From contig CAISZK010000029.1 in NCBI GenBank assembly GCA_903889915.1, positions 1-59,116 on the forward strand: DNA of 59,116 bases, in the 5' to 3' direction. The notes beneath the pieces are model-generated. The model had not been told where the DNA came from, ran no database searches, and saw only the letters and a list, made by a program, of their open reading frames with translations. This DNA comes from an uncultured Bacteroidota bacterium. GTDB lineage: Bacteria > Bacteroidota > Bacteroidia > Bacteroidales > CG2-30-32-10. The position numbers were made by a program, and so were the translations under genes. Below are positions 38,647 through 48,209 of the stretch, in pieces; positions within the stretch are counted from its first letter, which is position 1; every line of letters begins with the position of its first letter.

Positions 38647-39183
38647 ATGAAACACAAAATCACTATCAGCGGAAAAGCCGGTTCCGGTAAAAGTACAGTC
38701 TGAAAATTGCTTGCAGAAAAACTTCAGGTTCCATTCCATTCTGTTGGCAACACCACACGCGGGTATGCAAAAAGAAACTTCGGACTTGGCATCATAGAAT
38801 TTCAGCAGTATTGCCTGTCACATCCTGAAGTGGATAAAAAACTGGATGAATATTTCAGTAAAATGGGGCATGAAATGGATGGCTTTGTAATGGACTACAG
38901 GCTGGGATTTCATTTTATTCCTGAGGCATTTCATGTCTTGCTTACGGTGCCTGATGAAATAACTGCTCACCGAGTATTGGCAGCCAAAAGAAATGACGAG
39001 TTTACAACAACTGATTATGAAACGATATTGCTAGAACTAAAGACCAGGAATGCTAAGATGCGCGAGAGGTTTATTAATCAATATAGCGTGGATTACGAAG
39101 ACAAGGTCAATTACAATCTGGTATTAGATGCATCCAAAATAGACCCATTTGAATTAGTTCGCAAGATCAAGGATTCTTTTTAA
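38647..39183 (+). pseudogene. Cytidylate (CMP/nucleotide) kinase-like gene associated with pVip, interrupted by one in-frame TGA at 38701-38703
   Basis: MKHKITISGKAGSGKSTV-TGA-KLLAEKLQVPFHSVGNTTRGY... P-loop and lid are in one frame. The ORF track resumes at TTG 38707. Confidence 0.7.
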
Positions 39184-39189
39184 TGATCT

Positions 39190-39310
39190 GTTTGTGATTT
39201 ATTGGACGCTGATTGTTGCGGATAATGCGGATTTTATTGACTATTGACGTAATGACCAATGACTATGAATGACGCGTAACAAAATGACAATAAATGGCCA
39301 ATGACTTTCG
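39190..39310. repeat. Composite intergenic repeat: core GGACGCTGATTGTTGCGGATAATGCGGATT followed by (A/T)ATGAC heptamers
   Basis: The same module recurs at 40812, 42044, 42152, 43524 and 45975. Confidence 0.85.
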
Positions 39311-39435
39311 ACAACAACAAACTCTTTAAACAATAAACATTTTAAACTACATAGAACTGTTACAAAAAAAGACAATTTTTACCTTGGTTTTAATACATAA
39401 ATTAGTATTTTTGCATTTGGATTTATTACAAAATC

Positions 39436-40773
39436 ATGTTCGATAGGTTAATTATTAGCAGTTTGAAAACCTGGGCTGACAGCAGTCCCTGCAAACCACT
39501 TGTGCTAAGGGGGGCACGACAGGTTGGAAAAACAACATTGGTCAAAGAATTTGCCAAAGAGTTTTCAGTTTTTATTCATCTCAATCTGGAAAAAGAAGAA
39601 CAAAGACGAATCTTTTCCTCAGGCAAAAACTTCCCTGAACTACTTGATGCCATTTTTTATTTGAGCGGAAAAGAGAGGAATAAAGGCAAAACTTTGATAT
39701 TTATTGATGAAATTCAGAACTCGCCAGAAGCTATCGGTTACTTGCGCTATTTTTACGAAGAAGCGCCCGAATTATTTGTCATAGCTGCCGGATCCCTGCT
39801 TGAAAGCATGCTCAACCGGAATATTTCTTTTCCTGTGGGCAGAGTTGACTATATGGCTTTACGTCCATGCTCATTTCTGGAATTTATAGGAGCCTTGGGT
39901 GAACAAGTATCTGCCGAAATGATCACCAGCGGCGCTGTTCCTGGCTTTGCACATGAGAAACTCAAATCATTGTTTCATCGTTATGCACTGATTGGAGGCA
40001 TGCCCGAAATAGTAGCGGTTTATGCTGCTACCGGTGACCTGATCCGGCTGAAAAAGACGTACCAAAGCCTGCTTGCCGGCTTCAGCGATGATGTGGAAAA
40101 GTATGCAAGTAACAATGCAATGATTCACTACATCAGGCATATATTCAAAACAGGGTTTTCTTTTGCCGGGCAAAGGATAAAGTTTGCGAATTTCGGCGTT
40201 TCCGATTATCGCTCGCGTGAAATGGGAGAAGCATTTCGCACACTTGAAAAGACTATGCTGCTCGAATTGATCTATCCTGCCTCGTCTGTCAGCATTCCCA
40301 TCCTGTCTAATTATCGTAAATCACCGAGATTACAATGGGTTGATACAGGACTGGTAAACTATGCTGCAGGCGTACAGCATGAGATATTCACTTCACCAAG
40401 CATAATGACAGCATGGAAGGGCATCATAGCCGAGCATATTACAGGGCAGGAACTATTGGCTTATGATAATGATGTATTGAGCAAAAGACATTTCTGGACC
40501 CGCGAAGAAAAAAACTCAATGGCTGAAATTGATTTCATTTTTAATTATAATGGTATCATCATTCCCGTTGAAGTGAAGTCAGGCGATACTGGCAGGTTGA
40601 GGTCACTACATTTGTTTATGGATGCCGCATCACATAAAATTGCTGTAAGAATTTGCCAGGAGAAGTTTGCTGTAATTGATTTAAAAACCATAAAAGGAAA
40701 ACCATTCCGGCTTATCAGTATTCCTTTTTACCAAATTTCGCAAATCAGTCAAATTTTGGATAAATACGTGTAA
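39436..40773 (+). CDS. AAA family ATPase (AAA_14 + DUF4143 type)
   Basis: LVLRGARQVGKTTL and LIFIDEIQ. Paralog of 26117-27415. Confidence 0.8.
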   Translation: MFDRLIISSLKTWADSSPCKPLVLRGARQVGKTTLVKEFAKEFSVFIHLNLEKEEQRRIFSSGKNFPELLDAIFYLSGKERNKGKTLIFIDEIQNSPEAIGYLRYFYEEAPELFVIAAGSLLESMLNRNISFPVGRVDYMALRPCSFLEFIGALGEQVSAEMITSGAVPGFAHEKLKSLFHRYALIGGMPEIVAVYAATGDLIRLKKTYQSLLAGFSDDVEKYASNNAMIHYIRHIFKTGFSFAGQRIKFANFGVSDYRSREMGEAFRTLEKTMLLELIYPASSVSIPILSNYRKSPRLQWVDTGLVNYAAGVQHEIFTSPSIMTAWKGIIAEHITGQELLAYDNDVLSKRHFWTREEKNSMAEIDFIFNYNGIIIPVEVKSGDTGRLRSLHLFMDAASHKIAVRICQEKFAVIDLKTIKGKPFRLISIPFYQISQISQILDKYV

Positions 40774-40811
40774 AGTGGAAACATTGAACCCTTTTAATGA
40801 CCCAATGAACC

Positions 40812-40926
40812 AAAAAGATTTTTGATTTAAGATTTATAGGACGCTGATTGTTGCAGATAATGCGGATTTTAATAACTATTGACCAATGACAATCAATGAC
40901 TATTGACTTAATGACCAATGACTAAT
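40812..40926. repeat. Composite intergenic repeat (TTTGATTTAAGATTT… core plus heptamers)
   Basis: aaaaagatttttgatttaagatttataggacgctgattgttgcagataatgcggatttt…. Confidence 0.85.
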
Positions 40927-40952
40927 TTTTCAACAACCTAAAAATTAAAACA

Positions 40953-42029
40953 ATGCAAGCAGTTTACATCAACCGTCCTTCGAACCCGGATCAGAAGATA
41001 GAGGAACCAATGGTTTTATACATTCTATGCCTTATTGCAGAAAAGTTTTCGTATTGCTGTGAACTTTCTCTTTTCATTAATATCTGGCAAATGCAGAAAG
41101 TTTGGAATGATAAAACAATATTTAATTTGTACTATAATAACATACCGCCCCGGGCATTTTTTCTTGAGAGAGAAAAGGCTGAGGATATTATGAATGGAGT
41201 CAGAAATGCAAAAAAACATAAGCATAAAAATAAAGATGACCTGGAGGTTATACATTTAGGGATGAAACTTATCAACGACATGAAAGAAGACCTGCTGAGT
41301 TACTTCAAAAGTCATTTAAAAAGAGTCCATATTTACGAAATGATTGATCTGCTTGATGAGAAAATTGCAACAATACTTCCATATATTTTACCTAAAGACA
41401 AAGAATATTACACCAACAACGAGTTATTCCAGTTTCTTCATGAAGTAATTGTTGACAGCGAAGAAATAATGTTTTTCCATTGTTTCCCTGAAGTTTTCAC
41501 TAAAGGAAATGCCCTAAATATTGAAGAGAACAAGCCGGTAATTGACAACAGTAAACAGAATTTTATTTCATTACCACTTTTTAAAATTCCAGGTTGCTCT
41601 GATTTAAGCGCCGCCAATATGAAATACATACGTTCAAAAATGCTCCCATACATTAAACCACTTTCAGAATTAATCTACGAATTGAAGGAAATGGCTGCCG
41701 GTGAAGTTTTTGGTTTGGAATTGTTCAGGAAAGTTCAGGAAATTTATTCCAAAATAAGCATTGAATCACAAAAAATACAAGACCTGATCAAAAATGAAAT
41801 TTATTTTCAGCAATTTATCAATTCAAAAGAAAAGTACATTGATTTTTTTCTATACGCAGGAGTTGGTTCTCTCGATACCCTGATTTACTTATTCCAACGC
41901 AATAAGGTAATTGAAGACTTTTCAGCCACAGCACTCAGGAAAAACATTGAAAGGCAATATGACCTTCAATCATGCGATGCTTTCCTTTATTGGGACATTC
42001 GCGATATGGAAGGGAATATTATAGAGTGA
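40953..42029 (+). CDS. Hypothetical protein
   Basis: 358-aa ORF with no recognisable motif. Flanked by the composite repeats. Confidence 0.45.
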   Translation: MQAVYINRPSNPDQKIEEPMVLYILCLIAEKFSYCCELSLFINIWQMQKVWNDKTIFNLYYNNIPPRAFFLEREKAEDIMNGVRNAKKHKHKNKDDLEVIHLGMKLINDMKEDLLSYFKSHLKRVHIYEMIDLLDEKIATILPYILPKDKEYYTNNELFQFLHEVIVDSEEIMFFHCFPEVFTKGNALNIEENKPVIDNSKQNFISLPLFKIPGCSDLSAANMKYIRSKMLPYIKPLSELIYELKEMAAGEVFGLELFRKVQEIYSKISIESQKIQDLIKNEIYFQQFINSKEKYIDFFLYAGVGSLDTLIYLFQRNKVIEDFSATALRKNIERQYDLQSCDAFLYWDIRDMEGNIIE

Positions 42030-42043
42030 CTTATGACCTTATA

Positions 42044-42286
42044 AAGATTTAAGATTTTGACTTATTTGACGCAGATTGTTGGGATAATGCGGATTTTAAT
42101 GACTATTGGCTCAATGACTAATGACTATCAATGACGTAAAACAAATGACCTAAAAAGATTTGAGATTTTTGATTTAAGATTTTTTGAACGCTGATTGTTG
42201 CGGATACCGCGAATTCAATGACTATTGACCAATGACAATGAATGACGTGAAACAAATGACACGAAGTAAATGACTATTGACATAAT
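42044..42286. repeat. Two tandem copies of the composite intergenic repeat
   Basis: Copies at 42044-42150 and 42152-42286. Confidence 0.85.
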
Positions 42287-42371
42287 GTCTTAAAATAATA
42301 GCGTTTTTTCCTGACTGATTTAACAAAAAATATCTATCTTTGCTGACTGAATTTATAAAAATTGAGTCAGC

Positions 42372-43499
42372 ATGATAACCCGATTTATAAAAAAACAGAT
42401 ACTTGATTCGGTTGCAAAACCAAATAAAGTGACAGGAATTTTTGGCGCCCGCCGAACAGGAAAAACATTCCTGATGGAGGAAATAAGAAAAGAACTTAAG
42501 CGTGAAAAGATCCTGATGGTACAAGGCGAAAATCTTGATGTGGCTGAAATACTCTCAAGTCGCCGGCTTAGCCTGTTGCAACAAATGGTGCAGGGTTACA
42601 AATACCTCTTCATTGACGAAGCCCAGAAAATTCCTGATATTGGTACTAACCTAAAACTAATGGTTGATTCCATCAAAGGACTGCACATCCTTGTTTCAGG
42701 CTCTTCATCTTTCGATCTGAAAAACAAAATCGGCGAACCGTTGACCGGAAGGAGTAAATACTTTTATTTATATCCCATCGCACAGTTGGAATTGGACGAG
42801 GATTTCTTCACAGCAAAAACTTCACTTGAGAACCGGCTGATATATGGCAGCTATCCACAGGTACTCACAGCCACCAATAATAAAGAACGCATGGAAATTC
42901 TAACATCTTTGCGTGATGGTTATTTGCTGAAAGACATGCTGGAATTGGACAATCAGAAGGACACTATTTTCGTTTTTAACCTGCTTCGGTTAATTGCTTT
43001 CCAGGTTGGCAATGATATTTCCTTCACCGAACTTGCTTCAAATTTGAATGTGAACAAACTTACTGTGATGCGTTACCTTGACCTGCTTGAAAAATGTTAT
43101 GTGCTCTTTTCTCTGAGGGGTTTCAGCCGTAACCTGCGCAAAGAATATACGAAAAGTCCACGCTATTACTTTTGGGACAACGGCATCAGGAATATTTTAA
43201 TTGCAAATTTAAACCCACCCAATATCAGAGATGATATCGGTAAACTATGGGAAAACTACTGCATTTCCGAGCGGTTGAAGAAGTGTCATTACACACGAAA
43301 AACTGTAAACCATTATTTCTGGAGGACCTACGATCAGAAAGAAATAGACCTTGTTGAGGAAGGTTCCGGCAAACTAAAAGGGTATGAAATAAAATGGACA
43401 AAATCGAAAGTAAAGCCACCAAAGGATTTTCTGGAAGCATACGGCAATGCTTCATTTCACGTGATCAACAGGGATAATTACCTTGATTTTATTACTTAA
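42372..43499 (+). CDS. AAA family ATPase (AAA_14 + DUF4143 type)
   Basis: GIFGARRTGKTFL and LFIDEAQK. Confidence 0.8.
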   Translation: MITRFIKKQILDSVAKPNKVTGIFGARRTGKTFLMEEIRKELKREKILMVQGENLDVAEILSSRRLSLLQQMVQGYKYLFIDEAQKIPDIGTNLKLMVDSIKGLHILVSGSSSFDLKNKIGEPLTGRSKYFYLYPIAQLELDEDFFTAKTSLENRLIYGSYPQVLTATNNKERMEILTSLRDGYLLKDMLELDNQKDTIFVFNLLRLIAFQVGNDISFTELASNLNVNKLTVMRYLDLLEKCYVLFSLRGFSRNLRKEYTKSPRYYFWDNGIRNILIANLNPPNIRDDIGKLWENYCISERLKKCHYTRKTVNHYFWRTYDQKEIDLVEEGSGKLKGYEIKWTKSKVKPPKDFLEAYGNASFHVINRDNYLDFIT

Positions 43500-43523
43500 T
43501 ATTTACAATAAATACGGTTAAAA

Positions 43524-43735
43524 AAATTTGAGATTTTTGATTTAAGATTTTTGATTTATTGAACGCTAATTGTTGCAGATAATGCGGATTCAATGACTAT
43601 TGACTATTGACTATTGACTCAATGACTATAAATGACGCCCCGCATTTGGCGGAATAGACTCCGCAAATGACGTACAACAAATGACTATAAATGACGCGCA
43701 GCAAATGACTTAATGACCAATGACTATTGACTATC
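43524..43735. repeat. Composite intergenic repeat with an extended heptamer array
   Basis: ...tttgatttaagatttttgatttattgaacgctaattgttgcagataatgcggattcaatgactattgactattgac... Confidence 0.85.
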
Positions 43736-45845
43736 AATTTTCCGGCATATTCAGCTTTTGCATAGCCATCGTATTTTCGGGGTCAAGGTCGAGGGTTTTG
43801 CGATAGTGGAAGTCGGCGGCGTAAGGCATTTTCAGGTTGTTGTAACATTCGGCAGCAGCAATATGATAATCTTTGTTAAGGGGGTAATAGAATGCGCATA
43901 TTTCATAACAAAGAACTGCATACTGGTAATTTTTCGATTGTGCGAACGCTTCGCCGGCATCGAACATATCAGTATAATTCTCTGAAGGATCCAGGTTGAA
44001 CGATTTCTCAAATTCCTGTGCGGCTTTAAAATATTCCTTTTTCTCCATCAGCAAACGCCCCTTCATCCTGAAGCCTTCTGCATTATCAGGATCTTTATCA
44101 AGGACAGCTTTTGTGGCTTCTTCAACTTCTCTGACCATACCCAGCTTCATATAAAAATCGCATAGTCGCGATACCAGCGATTCATCTTCAGGGTTGGCTT
44201 CTATCAACTCCTTAATGATGGGGATGCAATTATCATAATCATTCTGTTTCTCGTAGTTATCAAGCAGGCAGTAACGCGCCCTTTCATAAAAAGGCTCAAG
44301 TCCGTAACCTTTCAGCGAAAGCACCTTTTTGTATAAAGGAATTGCCTGTTCAGGTGCGTGCATCTGGTTGAATATATCCGCTTTGATAAAATAGAGGTTA
44401 GGATGATAAGGCTGACCCTTTGCTTCGGCACGTTTAACAAGTTCGCTCGCTTTCTGGTATTCGTGCCTGTTTATCTCTTCCTGTGCTTTTCGCAGCAGCA
44501 GTGTTGCATCATCAGGATGCTGGGTCAGGGCTTTTTCAAGCGCTTCAGTTTTGCCTTTCTCATCACGCTTTTCGTTGAAATGATCCATGATGATATGCCA
44601 GTCGTCAACATCAAAGAAAGGGCTTCCCATACCGCTAAGATAATTATGTATGGTCTCTTCACGCAGGTCGTCAGTTTCTGAAAAATCGTCATTAAATGTT
44701 TCGTCGGGTTTGTCAATGTCAGTTGTTTCATCTTTCCCGTCTTTGAACTTCAGATTGAGGTATTCCACAAAATGGTCGTAAAGATCATTGATCACATTGA
44801 ATTCATCAGCCATAGCATCAAAGCCGGCTTCGAACTCTTTACGCATATCGCTGTAAGAACCCAGGTATTCCTGGTGATCGCTATCAACCTGGGTGGTATC
44901 TAATGAATAGCCGCTCCAGTCAGAATTCATATCATGAACCATTTCACTGATCTCATCATAAAGCGGGAAAGTGCTCTCTTTCTCTCTCTCCTCTTCTTCT
45001 TTTTCATCATCCACACCAAGATATCCATTATATCTTGCCGAGTATAAACGATTATATTCATAGTTCAGATCATTCAGCTCCTCTACAAACTCCTTCATGT
45101 AGTTATTAAAATCGTCAGTAAGTTGTTGCTGTTCTTCAGCAGAAGGCACTTTAAAACATACAACCGGGCTGAACTCACCTTTCATTTGTGCAGGGGGAAT
45201 ATAAATGGTGTTTGTAGCAAGATCTGCTTTATCTTTTGCAACGTAAAAACGGCTCCATAATTCTGGTAACGCCTCATGCAGTTCTTTTGTCCGTTTACAC
45301 AGATCACTGTAATATCCGGGCGTTGCTTCATGCAATGCAATGTATTTTTCAATAAACTTTTTTTCAGTATCGTTTAATGGTTGGCGTTTCTCATACAGCA
45401 GATGTATGGTACGCAAAGGAGTTTCATGAATGATCTTGTCTGTTTGATGTCCGAAGACCTCGCGGTCCACACCATAAGTCTTGTCGCACGTAGTAAAGCG
45501 TTCAGATATGCCTTGCTTTTCGTCCCAGGCAGCACACGCGGCAATGTTTTCATCCAGTTGCTTCTTAAGGCTATCGCATTCTTTACCTTTAGCCTCTTTA
45601 TATCGGGTATAAAGTTCGTCGTTGTGCTTTCTGAACTGCGACCACTGCTTCATTTCCTCCTTGGTCCATCCCAGGAATTGCCACACAGGCTCGCTTACTT
45701 CTTTTTTATCATTGCTTGAATGATCCGGAATACCTTCGGCGTCACGGGGATATTCCGTGCGGTTCCGTATGGTTTGTAAATGATCGTCTGTGCATCTAAT
45801 GAATTTATTGAATTCTTCGATGTCAAAAGGAATGAGGTGTACCAT
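43734..45845 (-). CDS. Hypothetical protein with an acidic central region and C-terminal TPR repeats
   Basis: 703-aa ORF. The C-terminal ~250 aa have a TPR-like periodicity. Confidence 0.55.
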   Translation of the reverse strand: MVHLIPFDIEEFNKFIRCTDDHLQTIRNRTEYPRDAEGIPDHSSNDKKEVSEPVWQFLGWTKEEMKQWSQFRKHNDELYTRYKEAKGKECDSLKKQLDENIAACAAWDEKQGISERFTTCDKTYGVDREVFGHQTDKIIHETPLRTIHLLYEKRQPLNDTEKKFIEKYIALHEATPGYYSDLCKRTKELHEALPELWSRFYVAKDKADLATNTIYIPPAQMKGEFSPVVCFKVPSAEEQQQLTDDFNNYMKEFVEELNDLNYEYNRLYSARYNGYLGVDDEKEEEEREKESTFPLYDEISEMVHDMNSDWSGYSLDTTQVDSDHQEYLGSYSDMRKEFEAGFDAMADEFNVINDLYDHFVEYLNLKFKDGKDETTDIDKPDETFNDDFSETDDLREETIHNYLSGMGSPFFDVDDWHIIMDHFNEKRDEKGKTEALEKALTQHPDDATLLLRKAQEEINRHEYQKASELVKRAEAKGQPYHPNLYFIKADIFNQMHAPEQAIPLYKKVLSLKGYGLEPFYERARYCLLDNYEKQNDYDNCIPIIKELIEANPEDESLVSRLCDFYMKLGMVREVEEATKAVLDKDPDNAEGFRMKGRLLMEKKEYFKAAQEFEKSFNLDPSENYTDMFDAGEAFAQSKNYQYAVLCYEICAFYYPLNKDYHIAAAECYNNLKMPYAADFHYRKTLDLDPENTMAMQKLNMPEN

Positions 45846-45974
45846 ATTAAAAGGTTTTTATCAATATTGGATGAGCAAAGGTACAAATATTTTCAATTGA
45901 CCAAAGTCAATTGCTATTGATAAATTTTCACCAAACTTTATCAATATCCTCTATCTTCAGTCAAGGGGTTTATG

Positions 45975-46037
45975 GACAAATTTTTGATTTTTAAGATTTT
46001 TGATTTATAGGACGCTGATTGTTGCGGATACCACTCA
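45975..46037. repeat. Composite intergenic repeat core without a heptamer tail
   Basis: tttttgatttttaagatttttgatttataggacgctgattgttgcggatacc. Confidence 0.8.
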
Positions 46038-46257
46038 AAAATAGATAAATTATTGTGTAGGATTAAAAATAATTTTTAGAAAAATATAAAAAGAGTGATC
46101 CTCCTTGCCCGAATTTTCAATTCAAAATCACAATCCTTCCCACTCTCCACAAGCTTTTAAAACACACTCTCCCCAAAACATCAAATTCGACTTCATTTGT
46201 TAAGAACCCTGCAATTGATTGTTGAATAATTCAATGCCTCTGGTAAAATTATTGATA

Positions 46258-46530
46258 GAGACCTCTTGCTGAGTAAATGAAACCTTTCGCTGAGCGAATG
46301 AAACCTTTCACTAAGTGAATGAGACTTCTCACTGAGTAAATGAAACCTCTCGCTGAGTGAATGAGATCTCTCACTGAGTGAATGAAACCTCTCGCTGAGT
46401 GAATGAAACCTCTCACTGAGTGAATGAAACCTCTCGCCGAGTGAATGAAACCTCTCGCTGTGTGAATGAGACTTCTCACTGAAGGAATGAATACTCTCAC
46501 TGAGTGAATGAGACCTCTCACTAAGTGAAT
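46258..46530. repeat. 21-bp direct tandem repeat, ~13 copies, with no spacers
   Basis: Consensus CTGAGTGAATGAAACCTCTCG. On the minus strand it reads as the heptad peptide repeat SVRGFIH inside ORF 46249-46596. Confidence 0.85.
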
Positions 46531-46757
46531 GGTCTCTTTCCCTTTGGCAACATAATTATTCAACAGAGACATGTATAATGTTATTTTTCGAGTCAATGAT
46601 TTGCAAAAATATTTAAGATGAAATTTGAAATAGAAAGACTATTAATGAACGGAAATAAAAAAACGGATTCTCTTCGATGTGTTGAATTCAACCCGTTTTA
46701 TTGAAATTTCTAAATTGAAAAACTATTTCATGAGGTTTCTGAATTTACGTCAAAACA

Positions 46758-47489
46758 CTATTTAACCCTCACTGTAATCACATCCGACCACTGTCCGGGT
46801 CCGTATTTGGATATCACACGACTTTTAAAATAATATTCCTTTCCTGAAATAAGGCCTGTAATGGTAGTCTCAGCAGCCAACGTTGGTGGTACACGAACAA
46901 GGTTCCAGTTTGCCGGATCGCCCAAATCACCGCAAAATACCCATTCCGTTGCCTGCCGTCTGTACTGAACCAGGCCTTTTAGATCAACCTCGCTGGTCCT
47001 GGTAGAAGCACCGGTAATTTTTTGTTTGCCATGATGACCTTTCCCTTTAATCACCATGTGAGCATCAGCGGCCATCGTTTCAGCATTTGCCGGGTCCAAA
47101 CGACACAATTTTTGGACATAGTTGCACAATCCCTGTGCCCCCTCATAAGCGGTGTACCAAATAGGTTTTCTGTTGTCCACTGCATTAGGTTTTTTAATTG
47201 CCACATCCCTCATAGCATCATCAAAGTTATTGACCATAATGAGGAAATTTGGCAATGTAGGATCGGTTGGCCCCGTTGCAAAAAAGCCATGCTCATCGGT
47301 ATGAATTCCGTCATAGATCTCATGAAGCTTTTTCTGGCGTTCAAGCCATTTGGTGGGGAATTTCAATACCACAACAATCGCCGGTGTGAGTGATGCATTT
47401 ATAAAAAGCACCCTTTTCTTAGGAGAATAAAGATACTTTAAATTTTTAGGCACGGTGCCTTTTACTTGTACATAGATTGTTTCTTTCAT
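46758..47489 (-). CDS. Hypothetical protein with a C-terminal FN3-like domain
   Basis: 243-aa ORF. C-terminal ...GLISGKEYYFKSRVISKYGPGQWSDVITVRV is FN3-like. Confidence 0.5.
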   Translation of the reverse strand: MKETIYVQVKGTVPKNLKYLYSPKKRVLFINASLTPAIVVVLKFPTKWLERQKKLHEIYDGIHTDEHGFFATGPTDPTLPNFLIMVNNFDDAMRDVAIKKPNAVDNRKPIWYTAYEGAQGLCNYVQKLCRLDPANAETMAADAHMVIKGKGHHGKQKITGASTRTSEVDLKGLVQYRRQATEWVFCGDLGDPANWNLVRVPPTLAAETTITGLISGKEYYFKSRVISKYGPGQWSDVITVRVK

Positions 47490-48209
47490 AATTGAAAAAT
47501 TTTATTGATTAATGATGTAAAATTACTTCAGAAAAAACTTCTGTGGAGAACTGTTCCCGTACTGTTCCCGTACTGTTCCTGTACTGTTCCTTTTTTGTTT
47601 TTTCGGAATTTCACGAAACCCTTAATGGCAGCGGTGTTGAAGGGTGTTGCAGTCAAATCATTTTTCCGGGTTTTTTTTAAATTTATTTTTATTTTTTTTA
47701 AAAAATGACATTAATAAAATTGAATATCCGTTATTGTGTCTGTATAATTTCTTAGGAAATGACTATTAAAATTAATTATTGATATAAAGTTGCCACAAAT
47801 TATTCACGAAAGCTACAATTTAAAAAAAGTGTTCATGAGCTTCGCAATGTTCACAGATTTCAAAATCTCAAAACAGATTTCCTCAGATTGGAAAATATAA
47901 ATTGTAAAAAGAATTTTTATCCCAAAGTTTCGGGATTCTGTGAACATCATTATTTTTTTTCTTAATCTTTGAATTTGTGGCATCCTGTTCCATGGCATCA
48001 AAGTTAATTTTTGAAAACTTACCGTCTTTTTCATAAAGGTATAATTGCGGATATTCAAAATGCATAATAACATCTCTATCGGAAAATCTTGCATGATATA
48101 GCAATCCTATTTTCCCAAACATTTATAAAAAACACCTCTCTAATGCAATATTCATTCAATTATTACGATATTTGCATTCTGATTTGAGCATTGGAATAAC
48201 CCAACATCA

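Noticed and set aside
38701-38703. TGA in the kinase as a selenocysteine codon
   Set aside because: No SECIS-like hairpin is evident directly downstream, and the position corresponds to a non-catalytic residue after the P-loop. A nonsense mutation or sequencing error is more likely, though it cannot be excluded without tools.
46249-46596. 21-bp repeat array as a CRISPR array
   Set aside because: The repeats are directly abutted with no unique spacers, and the 21-bp unit is shorter than typical CRISPR repeats. It is a minisatellite or coding heptad repeat instead.
47813-48122. Small minus-strand ORFs (93 aa and 79 aa) upstream of the M23 peptidase
   Set aside because: They overlap each other in different frames, are AT-rich and low-complexity, have no motifs, and sit in the likely promoter region of the peptidase gene.
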